Positions 28,623-38,448 of a stretch of DNA of 64,000 nt are shown piece by piece (position 1 is the first letter of the stretch; the number at the start of each line of letters is the position of its first letter). The stretch lies in contig OZ242214.1 of the NCBI GenBank assembly GCA_965206595.1, positions 1,088,001-1,152,000 on the forward strand, in the 5' to 3' direction. The stretch comes from Candidatus Latescibacterota bacterium (GTDB taxonomy: Bacteria; Latescibacterota; UBA2968; UBA8231). The notes beneath the pieces are model-generated. The model was not told the DNA's origin and searched no databases. It saw only the letters and a program-made list of their open reading frames with translations. A program made the translations under genes and the position numbers.

Positions 28623-29374
28623 TGAGATGTCTCTTGCGCAGGGTTTTTCTGACAGCGGTGACTGCAGCCGCCTCATTGGTTCTGGTTCTTCTGCTTCTCG
28701 ACAGTGTCGTCATGCCTTACGTGGTAACCGTGAAGCGGGTCAGTGTGCCGGATGTCAACCGCCAGTCTTCCCGCGAGGCCGCCATGCTTCTTGAGCGGGA
28801 GGGCCTGCGAATGGCCGTGCGCGACAGTGTCTTCAGTGAGGCCGTCTCCCGAGGACACGTCGTCGAGCAGTCCCTCGACCCGGGAGAGCTGATCAAAAAA
28901 GGACGCCGCGTGTTCGTCGACCTGAGCCGCGGTCCGCGGCTCCACGAAGTGCCGAACGTCACCGGAGGCAGCATCCGAGAAGCCCGTCTGCAGATTGCCG
29001 GACACCAGCTGCGACTGGGTGATTGGGTGTACATCTCATCCAGGGAGGTCCCGCGAGGGGTCGTGGTGCGCCAGGAACCGCCTGCGGGCACCAGCCTCCC
29101 CCGTGGAGGCCGGCTCTACCTGGAGGTCAGCAGCGGCTCTCCGTCAGCCCTCAAGTGGGTGCCCGACCTCGATGGGCTGCCGGTCGCCGCCGCCGGAGAC
29201 ACCCTCCGCAAGTACGAGATGAGCATGGGGGCGGTCATCAAGCGCCCCGGCAACGTCTCGCGGCCCGGAATCGTTCTCGGCCAGCGCCCCGCAGCCGGGG
29301 ACCGCGTCGCCCGGAATACTCCCGTCGAGCTGATTGTCAGCGCCGTAGAAACTTCCGGGAGAGGACCACAGTGA
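28619..29374 (+). CDS. PASTA-domain protein (TM + three PASTA, no kinase domain)
   Basis: Three VP[DN]-initiated repeats with Q-x-P/D-x-x-G motifs. Confidence 0.88.
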   Translation: MMRCLLRRVFLTAVTAAASLVLVLLLLDSVVMPYVVTVKRVSVPDVNRQSSREAAMLLEREGLRMAVRDSVFSEAVSRGHVVEQSLDPGELIKKGRRVFVDLSRGPRLHEVPNVTGGSIREARLQIAGHQLRLGDWVYISSREVPRGVVVRQEPPAGTSLPRGGRLYLEVSSGSPSALKWVPDLDGLPVAAAGDTLRKYEMSMGAVIKRPGNVSRPGIVLGQRPAAGDRVARNTPVELIVSAVETSGRGPQ

Positions 29375-30066
29375 GACTCCGTGACCTGAAAGCGGAAGGG
29401 GCCGTGAAGGCCGCGGAAATCAAGGTGGGCCCGTCTCTACTGGCAGCGGATTTCTCCCGGCTGGGGGACGAGATCCGAAGGGTGGAGGACGCCGGCGCCG
29501 ATTTCCTCCATCTCGACATCATGGACGGCCATTTCGTACCCAACCTGAGCTACGGGATCCCCGTGGTCGAAGCAGTGCGGCGAGCCACCGGCCTCGAGCT
29601 CGACACTCACCTGATGCTGAGCGCCCCGGGGCAGTACCTCAAACCCTTCCGGGACGCAGGAGCCGATTCCCTGACCGTCCACCTCGAAGTGGCACCGGAC
29701 CCCGCCGAGCTGATCGGAAGCATCCGGGATCTGGGTCTCGGCTGTGGGATCGCAGTCAACCCCGGCACTCCGGTCGAGGGGCTCCTGCCGTTCGTCCCCG
29801 ACCTCGACCTCGTCCTGATCATGTCGGTCGAGCCCGGTTTCGGGGGCCAGTCTTTTCAATGGGAAGTCCTCTCCAAGGCCCGGGACCTGTCCTCCTGGAT
29901 GCAGTCCCGCAGCCTGGCGGTTCCGATCGAAATGGACGGTGGCATCTCCCCGCAGAACGCGGCGGAGTGCCGCGATGCCGGGGTTGGCCTCCTCGTCGCA
30001 GGCTCCTCGGTTTTCGGGGCTGGCGACGCCCCTGCCGCCATCCGCGCCGTCCGCGGGAGCGGCTGA
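29371..30066 (+). CDS. rpe: Ribulose-phosphate 3-epimerase
   Basis: PSLLAADF, HLDIMDGHFVPN, MSVEPGFGGQ, DGG. Confidence 0.96.
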   Translation: MRLRDLKAEGAVKAAEIKVGPSLLAADFSRLGDEIRRVEDAGADFLHLDIMDGHFVPNLSYGIPVVEAVRRATGLELDTHLMLSAPGQYLKPFRDAGADSLTVHLEVAPDPAELIGSIRDLGLGCGIAVNPGTPVEGLLPFVPDLDLVLIMSVEPGFGGQSFQWEVLSKARDLSSWMQSRSLAVPIEMDGGISPQNAAECRDAGVGLLVAGSSVFGAGDAPAAIRAVRGSG

Positions 30067-30096
30067 CCTCCGGCCCGGCCCCGGCGGCCGTCAAAA

Positions 30097-30125
30097 TTGC
30101 CGGTTGTCTTCGATGCTCGTATATT
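30097..30125 (+). promoter_or_regulatory. Putative promoter of the ffh-rpsP-rimM-trmD-rplS operon
   Basis: TTGCCG-N17-TATATT. Confidence 0.55.
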
Positions 30126-30173
30126 CAGCTACTTTTGTCAGTCCGTTTTTCCTCTTCCGAACCGGTTGGGTCG

Positions 30174-31520
30174 ATGTTCGATCGCTTGACAGAGCGCCTG
30201 GATGACGCCTTTCGCAAGCTGCGGGGACATGGGCGCCTCAGCGACCGCGATCTCGACGACTCCCTGCGCGAAATCCGCCGCGCCCTGCTCGAGGCGGACG
30301 TCAATTTCGATGTCGCCAGGAGCTTTCTGAAACGGGTCCGAGAGCAGGCGGTCGGCCGCGAGGTGTTGCGCAGTCTGACCCCGGGCCAGCAGGTGATCAA
30401 GATCGTTCACGACGAGCTCGTGTCCCTGCTGGGAGGTCAAAGCGCCCCCCTCGCCCAGGCTGAGCGGCCGCCGACGGTGATCCTCCTGGTCGGCCTGCAG
30501 GGATGTGGCAAGACCACCGCGGCGGCAAAGCTGGCGTCCCACCTGCAGGGAAAGAACCGGCCTCCCCTTCTCGTCGGCGCCGACGTGTACAGGCCCGCGG
30601 CGTTCGACCAGTTGCGCACCCTCGCCGACGGGCTCTCGGTGCCGGCGTTCGGCGGCGGCTCCGAAGGAAACGGCGATCCGGTGGAGATCTGCCGGCAGGG
30701 AGTGGAAAGGGCGCGGTCCGGCAACCGCAGCGCCGTAATCCTCGACACTGCCGGGCGTCTCGCCATCGACGAGGAGATGATGGATGAACTGACGGCGATC
30801 CGGTCCGCTACCGAACCGGATGAGATCCTGTTCGTCGCCGACGCCATGCTCGGGCAGGACGCCGTCGAGACGTCCGGGAGGTTCTGCGAACGCCTGGAGT
30901 TCACCGGATGCATTCTCACCAAGATGGACGGCGACGCGCGTGGCGGGGCTGCCTTGTCGATTCGCGAAGTCACCGGGCGGCCGGTCAAATTCATCGCTGC
31001 CGGCGAGGGGGTCGAGGCCCTGGAGCCGTTCCATCCGCAGCGCGTGGCGTCCCGGATCCTGGGCATGGGAGATGTGGTTTCCCTGGTCGAAAGGGTGGAG
31101 CAGGCCTTCGATCAGGGCCATGCGCGGAAGATGGAGGCAAAGCTCAGGCAAAATGCCTTCACCTTCGACGATTTCCGCGAGCAGCTGGGGGCAATACGGA
31201 AAATGGGCCCTCTCGACCAGCTGCTGGGAATGATTCCCGGTGCCGGCAAGGCCTTCAGGGAGGCACAGGTGGACGACAAGGCGTTCGTTCAGGTCGAGGC
31301 GATCATCGACTCGATGACCCGGGCCGAACGGGTGCAGCCGCAGATACTGAACGGCAGCAGGCGGCGGCGCATCGCGCGCGGCAGCGGCACGAAGATCCAG
31401 GACGTCAACCGGCTTCTCAAACAGTTCCAGGCAATGCAGAAAATGATGAGGCAGGTGAACCGCCCCGGTCGCGGCCGGCGCGGTGCCGCCAGATTGCAGT
31501 TGCCCGCAGCGTTTGGGTGA
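30174..31520 (+). CDS. ffh: Signal recognition particle protein Ffh
   Basis: ALLEADV, GLQGCGKTT, DTAGR, TKMDGDARGG, M-domain RIARGSG. Confidence 0.97.
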   Translation: MFDRLTERLDDAFRKLRGHGRLSDRDLDDSLREIRRALLEADVNFDVARSFLKRVREQAVGREVLRSLTPGQQVIKIVHDELVSLLGGQSAPLAQAERPPTVILLVGLQGCGKTTAAAKLASHLQGKNRPPLLVGADVYRPAAFDQLRTLADGLSVPAFGGGSEGNGDPVEICRQGVERARSGNRSAVILDTAGRLAIDEEMMDELTAIRSATEPDEILFVADAMLGQDAVETSGRFCERLEFTGCILTKMDGDARGGAALSIREVTGRPVKFIAAGEGVEALEPFHPQRVASRILGMGDVVSLVERVEQAFDQGHARKMEAKLRQNAFTFDDFREQLGAIRKMGPLDQLLGMIPGAGKAFREAQVDDKAFVQVEAIIDSMTRAERVQPQILNGSRRRRIARGSGTKIQDVNRLLKQFQAMQKMMRQVNRPGRGRRGAARLQLPAAFG

Positions 31521-31584
31521 CAACTACACTTCGCCGCGCCGTTCCTTTTGCGAACGGTGCGCCATCCCGGAAAAGGAGATCCGT

Positions 31585-31965
31585 TTGGTCAAGCTTCGTT
31601 TGAAGAGAACAGGTCGCAAGGGGCGGCCGTTTTACAGAATAGTTGCCATGCATTCGACCCTGGCGCGCGGTGCCCGGTCGCTGTCGCAGGTGGGCACGTA
31701 CGATCCTGTTCACGCCCGCGTCGAGGTCGACGAAGAAGCGGCCGTAACTTGGCTCAAACAGGGTGCGCAGATGACGAAAACCGTCGAGGACCTGTTGAAA
31801 AGCCAGGGAATACTCGCCCGTTTTCGCGGTTTCGAAGGATCCGTTCGGGAAGGGGCCCTCACCAGTGACAAGCCGAAGCGGCGCCGGAATCTGGCGCGGG
31901 CAGAGCAGATCGTGGTGGCTGCCGGGGACGGGGATGGGCAGGAAGAGGCGGACGGCGGGGAATAA
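31585..31965 (+). CDS. rpsP: 30S ribosomal protein S16
   Basis: TTG start after AAGGAG; VKLRLKRTG..PFYRIV..GTYDP..GAQ. Confidence 0.95.
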   Translation: MVKLRLKRTGRKGRPFYRIVAMHSTLARGARSLSQVGTYDPVHARVEVDEEAAVTWLKQGAQMTKTVEDLLKSQGILARFRGFEGSVREGALTSDKPKRRRNLARAEQIVVAAGDGDGQEEADGGE

Positions 31966-32024
31966 GGCGTTGGGTTCCGCAGGGAGTGAGTTGCGTTGGG
32001 GTTCCGCGGGTGGACTGGCTGAAG

Positions 32025-32675
32025 ATGCGGGTTGACGATCCGGCTGCGGTATCGGCCCCGCGGCAGTCGGAACGAGCGGCCACCGCGAAGAACGGGAAAG
32101 GCAGGGAAGGGAGAGAAACGGGAGACGGGCAGGAGCGCATTGCGATCGGCTACGTGGTGCGTCCGAAAGGAGTTCTCGGCGAGGCCGCTGTCGAGCCCCT
32201 GACGGAAGATGTCGATCGCTTCGACGACGTCGAAGAGGTCATCTTGGAACGTTCCGGACAGCCTCCGAAGCGGCTGCGAATTGCCGGATGGCGGCTCGAT
32301 GGGCGTGGAATCCTGGTAAAGTTCACCGGCATCGACAGCCCCGAGACGGTAGCCGAAGAAGTCGCCAAGGGGTATCTGACCATCCCGCGCGACGAGGTTC
32401 CGGAGCCGCCGGAGGGAACCATCTACGTGTTCGATCTCGTCGGCTGTCGTGTCGAAGACGAAGGCGGCAACGGGCTGGGGGAGGTGGTGGACGTCCAGGA
32501 AATGCCCTCCGCCGACTTGCTGGTGGTCCGCAATGGCCAGCGTGAAATCCTGATTCCCCTGGTGGGTGAATTCGTCCTCCAAGTGCTGCTGGCGGAACAT
32601 CGCGTTGTGGTAACCGGCGTCGAGGAGTTGGTGCCACTCGGGGCGCTGGTCAGAACCGGGCGCGACATAAAATGA
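32025..32675 (+). CDS. rimM: Ribosome maturation factor RimM (start uncertain)
   Basis: IGYVVRPKGVLGE, YVFDLVGCRV, ILIPLV; position in operon. Confidence 0.92.
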   Translation: MRVDDPAAVSAPRQSERAATAKNGKGREGRETGDGQERIAIGYVVRPKGVLGEAAVEPLTEDVDRFDDVEEVILERSGQPPKRLRIAGWRLDGRGILVKFTGIDSPETVAEEVAKGYLTIPRDEVPEPPEGTIYVFDLVGCRVEDEGGNGLGEVVDVQEMPSADLLVVRNGQREILIPLVGEFVLQVLLAEHRVVVTGVEELVPLGALVRTGRDIK

Positions 32676-33445
32676 GGATCGACGTCGTAACGATTTTCCC
32701 CGAGTTCTTCAGGACGCCCCTGGAGACGAGCATACTGCAGCGGGCGGTCGCAGCGGGGCATGCGGAGATTTGCGTGCACGACCTGCGGGAATACGCCACC
32801 GACCGCCACAGGACGGTCGATGATTCTCCCTTCGGCGGGGGCGGCGGCATGGTGATGAAACCGGAGCCCGTCGCCGCGGCGTGGGAGGCCCTCGACCTGG
32901 CGCGCGGTCACTGTGTCTACCTCACCGCTGACGGCGAGTCGTTGAATCAACCGCTGGCGGAGCAACTTTCGCTGGAAAAGCAGCTCGTGCTCCTGTGCGG
33001 CCACTACAAGGGTATCGACGAGAGAGCGCGGCGGTTCGTCGATCGGGAAGTGTCGATCGGAGACTACGTTCTCACCGGCGGAGAACCGGCTGCCCTGGTG
33101 TTGATCGACGCCGTCGTGCGCTTGATCCCGGGGGTGCTCGGAAACTTCACGTCCGCCCTCTCCGACTCGTTCCACGACGGGCTTCTCGACTGCCCCTGGT
33201 ACACCCGGCCGGCCGAGTTTCACGACGTCGGGGTTCCCCCCGTGCTGCTGAGCGGCAATCACGAAAAGGTCGTGGAATGGCGGCGCCGGCAGTCCCTGAG
33301 GCGCACTTTCGACCGCCGTCCCGAAATTCTCGCCAGGGCCGAGCTGGACCCGGAGGAACGGAGGTTGGTCGACGAGTGGCGGCGGGAGGAATCGCGCGAT
33401 CCGACTCCTGCCGCGTTACCTTGGCAGAAGCGGATCCACAAATGA
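32672..33445 (+). CDS. trmD: tRNA (guanine-N1)-methyltransferase TrmD
   Basis: VDDSPFGGGGGM, CGHYKGIDER, SIGDYVLTGGE. Confidence 0.97.
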   Translation: MRIDVVTIFPEFFRTPLETSILQRAVAAGHAEICVHDLREYATDRHRTVDDSPFGGGGGMVMKPEPVAAAWEALDLARGHCVYLTADGESLNQPLAEQLSLEKQLVLLCGHYKGIDERARRFVDREVSIGDYVLTGGEPAALVLIDAVVRLIPGVLGNFTSALSDSFHDGLLDCPWYTRPAEFHDVGVPPVLLSGNHEKVVEWRRRQSLRRTFDRRPEILARAELDPEERRLVDEWRREESRDPTPAALPWQKRIHK

Positions 33446-33491
33446 ATCTGCAGCCCGTTTGGTTTAAATCGAAAGGAGTAGCAGGATCGTC

Positions 33492-33839
33492 ATGGACATG
33501 AACATGTTGCGCGAAATCACTGCATCACAGTTGAGGACGGATATTCCCGACTTCGGTCCCGGAGACACCCTCCGGGTTCATGTGCGCGTGATCGAGGGGG
33601 AGAAGGAGCGTACCCAGGTTTTCGAGGGAGACGTCATTCAGCGTCGCGGCGGAGGAGTCAACGAGACCTTCACGGTGCGCAAGGTAACTCAGGGCGTCGC
33701 CGTGGAACGGATCTTTCCGCTGCATTCTCCGAGGATCGCGAGGATCGAACCGATCCGCAGGGGCAAGGTCAGGCGAGCCCGCCTGTTCTATCTTCGCGCC
33801 CGCAAAGGTCGTTCCGCACGGATCAAGGAAAAGAGGTAG
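33492..33839 (+). CDS. rplS: 50S ribosomal protein L19
   Basis: [28 protein letters not shown]. Confidence 0.97.
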   Translation: MDMNMLREITASQLRTDIPDFGPGDTLRVHVRVIEGEKERTQVFEGDVIQRRGGGVNETFTVRKVTQGVAVERIFPLHSPRIARIEPIRRGKVRRARLFYLRARKGRSARIKEKR

Positions 33840-33846
33840 CACACCC

Positions 33847-34083
33847 GTGGCTCGGCGCGACCTGCCGTTTACGAACCGGAACTGGATCATCCTCGGCGGC
33901 GGGGTGGCCGTCATCGCCGCCGGCTATGGACTGCTGAGCATTCCGCCAGCGGACGGGTTCCTCTCCCTGACGATGGCCCCCATCCTGCTGGTTCTCGGCT
34001 ACTGCGTCGTCATCCCCTGGGCCATCCTGTACAAGGACTCCGAAGCGAGGGAGTCTCCGGGCAGGGACCGGGAGGCCGGCTGA
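33847..34083 (+). CDS. Small two-TM protein (DUF3098-like)
   Basis: FTNRNWII...SLTMAPILLVLGY pattern. Confidence 0.7.
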   Translation: MARRDLPFTNRNWIILGGGVAVIAAGYGLLSIPPADGFLSLTMAPILLVLGYCVVIPWAILYKDSEARESPGRDREAG

Positions 34084-34097
34084 ACCAGGACACCCGG

Positions 34098-34952
34098 ATG
34101 AAAGAAGCGGCAGCAATCCCGCCCGAATCGCGCATCCAGGACCACGATCCCGGCCTTTTCACCGAAAAGCGGGTAGCCGAAATCGCGGACGACATCTGCG
34201 ATTTAGGCGATGAAGCTATCCGGTTCTTCGAGACAAACGGGTACCTCGCGGTGGCGCGCGCATTCCCCGAAGAGATGACCGTTGCCGCCCGCTCCGCCAT
34301 CGACGACCTGATCGAGGGGCGCCGCTCCGACTTTCGCGGCTTGCAGTTCGAGGCCGGCCTGGGGGACAAGAAGAAGCTGAGCCGGGAGCAGCGCCATCTC
34401 GGCGTCCGCAAGTTGATGAGCTTCGTCGCCTACGACCGGCGCCTGCAGAACTTGGCCGAGTACCCTCCGATTCTCGACGTTGTGAGCAGACTGTTGGGTG
34501 GCGAGCCGAAGCGGTTCCAGGAAATGGCCCTGCTGAAGCCGCCGCAAATCGGGCGGGAAAAACCGTGGCACCAGGACTGTGCCTACTTCAACCTTCCCCT
34601 CGGGACGCCGGTTGTCGGGGTCTGGATCGCCCTCGATGAGGCGACCATCGCCAACGGGGCTCTGCGCGTCGTTCCCGGATCCCACCGGGAGGGACCGGTA
34701 AACCACTTCAAGCGCCGCGACTGGCAGATATGCGATTCCGAGGTGGCGGTCGGGCGCGACGTCGTCGTGCCCCTGAAACCCGGGGGCGTTCTCTTCTGGC
34801 ACGGCATGACCCACCACGGCAGTCCCAGGAATCGATCCGGCCTGAGGCGAAGGGCGTTGCAACTGCATTTCAGGCCGCGCGGTGTCGCCGAGACCACCAC
34901 CGAAGACCGGATGACCCTCTTCGGTGGCGACGTCCGCGGCGCCACCTGCTGA
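34098..34952 (+). CDS. Phytanoyl-CoA dioxygenase (PhyH) family Fe(II)/2OG oxygenase
   Basis: PWHQD, VWIALD, NGALRVVPGSH, HGSPRNRS. Confidence 0.92.
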   Translation: MKEAAAIPPESRIQDHDPGLFTEKRVAEIADDICDLGDEAIRFFETNGYLAVARAFPEEMTVAARSAIDDLIEGRRSDFRGLQFEAGLGDKKKLSREQRHLGVRKLMSFVAYDRRLQNLAEYPPILDVVSRLLGGEPKRFQEMALLKPPQIGREKPWHQDCAYFNLPLGTPVVGVWIALDEATIANGALRVVPGSHREGPVNHFKRRDWQICDSEVAVGRDVVVPLKPGGVLFWHGMTHHGSPRNRSGLRRRALQLHFRPRGVAETTTEDRMTLFGGDVRGATC

Positions 34953-35020
34953 CCGGACAAAGCGATGCAGAGCCGCTTCCGGCGGCAGGTTTCAGGTCTT
35001 TCCAGGAAGGCCCTGAGATT

Positions 35021-36079
<1,059 letters not shown>

Positions 36080-36136
36080 TTAGGTTCAAAACCTGCATCG
36101 TCGCAGTTGAACTCTCGAACGCGAAGGAGGGAAATC

Positions 36137-36364
36137 GTGGCCAGGGAAGTATCGATTCAGTACTGCACTTCCTGAGGGTATCTAAAAACAGCCGTCAGTT
36201 TGGCGGAAGATATTCTCGAAGATCGGAAAATGGACCTGTCCCAGCTGGTGATCCTGCCGTCGGACGGCGGCCGTTTCGAGGTGACGGTCGACGGCGTGCT
36301 GGTATTCTCCAAGCTCGCCGAGAACCGCTTCCCGGAGCACGACGAGATCAAGGCGCACTTGTAA
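36137..36364 (+). CDS. Rdx-family (SelW/SelT/SelH-like) selenoprotein, 75 aa, Sec encoded by TGA at 36173-36175
   Basis: AGGAGG RBS, GTG start; MAREVSIQYCTSUGYLKTAVSLAEDIL...PSDGGRFEVTVDGVLVFSKLAENRFPEHDEIKAHL; absent from the ORF track. Confidence 0.92.
36190..36208 (+). promoter_or_regulatory. Putative bacterial SECIS hairpin
   Basis: CCGTCA-GTT-TGGCGG stem-loop with an apical G, starting 16 nt downstream of the TGA. Confidence 0.65.
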
Positions 36365-36402
36365 GGAGGCCGGGCGACCGGCGCGGCGGAACCACGCCGG
36401 CG

Positions 36403-37869
36403 CTACAGCAGGCCGAGCTGACTGTCCCCCGTCTCTGCTTCTACGGCGAGCTTGGCGAAGGGGTGGCATCCCCCGATGCAGAAGGTGCACAGGTTCGTCT
36501 CCGGAATACCGGCCTGACGGAAGGCCGCCAGCATGCTTTCCGGTGACAGGTAGACCACCGGCATCCCCATCTTGTCGCTGATCTGCTCCCGGGTTCGCCC
36601 CCTGGCGATGAACTCCTCTCCCTTGGGTGGGTCGGGCGGCATGTCGACCCCGAACATGCAACCCCGGCCGACGTCGTCCTCTCCCATAATCCCGATGGGC
36701 GGGGTGTAGCTTACGAGATACGCCTTTTTCACCCCCAGGTCCCTGTAGAGGAGCTGGCGGGCGCGAATCGAGTTGTTGCCCCGTATTATGCTGTCGTCGA
36801 TCATGACGACCGTCTTTCCCTGCAGCTGCGGCTTGAGGCCGGGGAGCAGGTGAAGGTTGTCGTCGATCGACTTCCTGCGGTCGTCCGCGGTCGAACCCTG
36901 GAAAGAGCGTTCCCCCCGCATCTTGTAGAAAACGTGCCGGAACGGCAGCCCGACCTTCTTGGCGTAGCTGCGCGCCGCGACCTCGGGGCATCTGGGCAGG
37001 AAGGTGACGATGTCGGCATCCTCGGGATGGAACTCCTCGGCCAGCATTTCCCCGAGGGACTCGCGGATCTTGCGGGCGCTGACGTGGTTGATGATCGAGT
37101 CGACGTCTACGATGTAGTTCCACTCGAAGAAACAGTAGGCCGGGCTCGATTCGACGAGGGTTTCCTTGCTGTAGTCCCCTTCGGGTGTCAGGTAGTAGGC
37201 CGAGCCCGGCTCGAGGTCTTCTATGTATTCCCCGCCGTTCTTGCGAAAGGCGATGTCCTCGGAGGCGACGCCGTACTTGCCGTCCTTCCATCCAAGCACC
37301 CCGGGCTTGATGCCGGTGCGATCCCTCATGACGAGCACGTCCCGCTTGCGCCAGTCCGCCAGCGCCATGGTGTAAGCCCCCGGGACCTCTTTCAGCATGC
37401 TTTGCTCGCCATCGCGGCGGTATATATACAGCAGGGCTTCCGTGTCGCACTGCGATTTCATTGCCGCCAGGTCTACTTCCGAGAAAAAGCGCTCTTCGAC
37501 CTGGCCGTTGTGTACGGCGACGATCTCACAGCCCCGTATCAACAGATGAGTCCCGCGATCTTCGGCGAAACCGCCGAGGGTGTGGGGATGCGCGTCTTTG
37601 AGGATCTCGTCCTTGCGCCCGCTGGTGGCGTAGCGAATGTGGGCCATGTAGGTGTGGTAGCGCGGGCTGGGAAAGATCTTGTGCAGATCGGTGACGTCGA
37701 AACGATCGACCGGCCCTTCCCACTTGATGACATCGATGCTGGATTCGCCGACCGCGGCGATGCCCGCGGCCTCACGGCCCCGGTGCTGGAGGGAGCGAAT
37801 GAAAGAGTAGGCGTCGTGGAGGGTGTGGGCGACGCAGAAACCGCAGTTGTGGCGAACGTTGTCGGACAT
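36403..37869 (-). CDS. purF: Amidophosphoribosyltransferase (PurF-like, divergent)
   Basis: Short propeptide + Cys-Gly, LQHRG, HIRYATSG, HNG, DDSIIRG PRPP loop, four candidate Fe-S cysteines. Confidence 0.82.
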   Translation of the reverse strand: MSDNVRHNCGFCVAHTLHDAYSFIRSLQHRGREAAGIAAVGESSIDVIKWEGPVDRFDVTDLHKIFPSPRYHTYMAHIRYATSGRKDEILKDAHPHTLGGFAEDRGTHLLIRGCEIVAVHNGQVEERFFSEVDLAAMKSQCDTEALLYIYRRDGEQSMLKEVPGAYTMALADWRKRDVLVMRDRTGIKPGVLGWKDGKYGVASEDIAFRKNGGEYIEDLEPGSAYYLTPEGDYSKETLVESSPAYCFFEWNYIVDVDSIINHVSARKIRESLGEMLAEEFHPEDADIVTFLPRCPEVAARSYAKKVGLPFRHVFYKMRGERSFQGSTADDRRKSIDDNLHLLPGLKPQLQGKTVVMIDDSIIRGNNSIRARQLLYRDLGVKKAYLVSYTPPIGIMGEDDVGRGCMFGVDMPPDPPKGEEFIARGRTREQISDKMGMPVVYLSPESMLAAFRQAGIPETNLCTFCIGGCHPFAKLAVEAETGDSQLGLL

Positions 37870-37929
37870 GTCAGGGTAGGGGCTGAATATAACGCCTGCC
37901 AGAGCCGCGGGATAGGCCGAGGGGAGGCC

Positions 37930-37970
37930 AAAAAAAAGAGAGCGGCCGCATCGATGATGCAGCCGCTCTC
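37930..37970 (-). terminator. Intrinsic terminator after glnK
   Basis: GAGAGCGGCTGCATC / GATGCGGCCGCTCTC hairpin followed by T8 on the minus strand. Confidence 0.9.
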
Positions 37971-37992
37971 ATTATTCGCAGGCCGATTTCTG

Positions 37993-38331
37993 CTACACTG
38001 CCGATTCGCCGGTCTCCCCGGTGCGTATCCGCACAACCTCGTCAACCGACAAGACGAAAATCTTGCCGTCGCCGATGTTGCCGGTATTCGCCGCTTCCTT
38101 GACGGCGTCGATCGCCTGCGAGGCGGTGCCGTCGCCGACGACCACCTCGATCTCGAGCTTTGGCGTGAAGTCGATATGGTATTCGGCGCCTCGATAGACT
38201 TCCTGGTGACCTTTCTGCCGCCCGAAGCCCTTTACTTCACTGACCGTCATGCCGACCACCCCAAGGGAGCTCAGGGCTTCCTTGACGTTGTCCAGGGCGT
38301 TCGGCCGGACGATGCATTTCAACAGTTTCAT
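37993..38331 (-). CDS. glnK: P-II nitrogen regulatory protein
   Basis: GFGRQKG, YRGAEY T-loop, TGNIGDGKIFV, RIRTGE; linked to amtB. Confidence 0.95.
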   Translation of the reverse strand: MKLLKCIVRPNALDNVKEALSSLGVVGMTVSEVKGFGRQKGHQEVYRGAEYHIDFTPKLEIEVVVGDGTASQAIDAVKEAANTGNIGDGKIFVLSVDEVVRIRTGETGESAV

Positions 38332-38448
38332 CTTTTGTGCCTTCCTTCCTGCGTCGCTTGTGGAATTGGGAATGTGCGGCGCCCCGTTGGTGCTATCCGT
38401 GGTGACGGCCGGAGGGTAACTCGGCCACGCGAGCGCCCCCCGCCGGGA

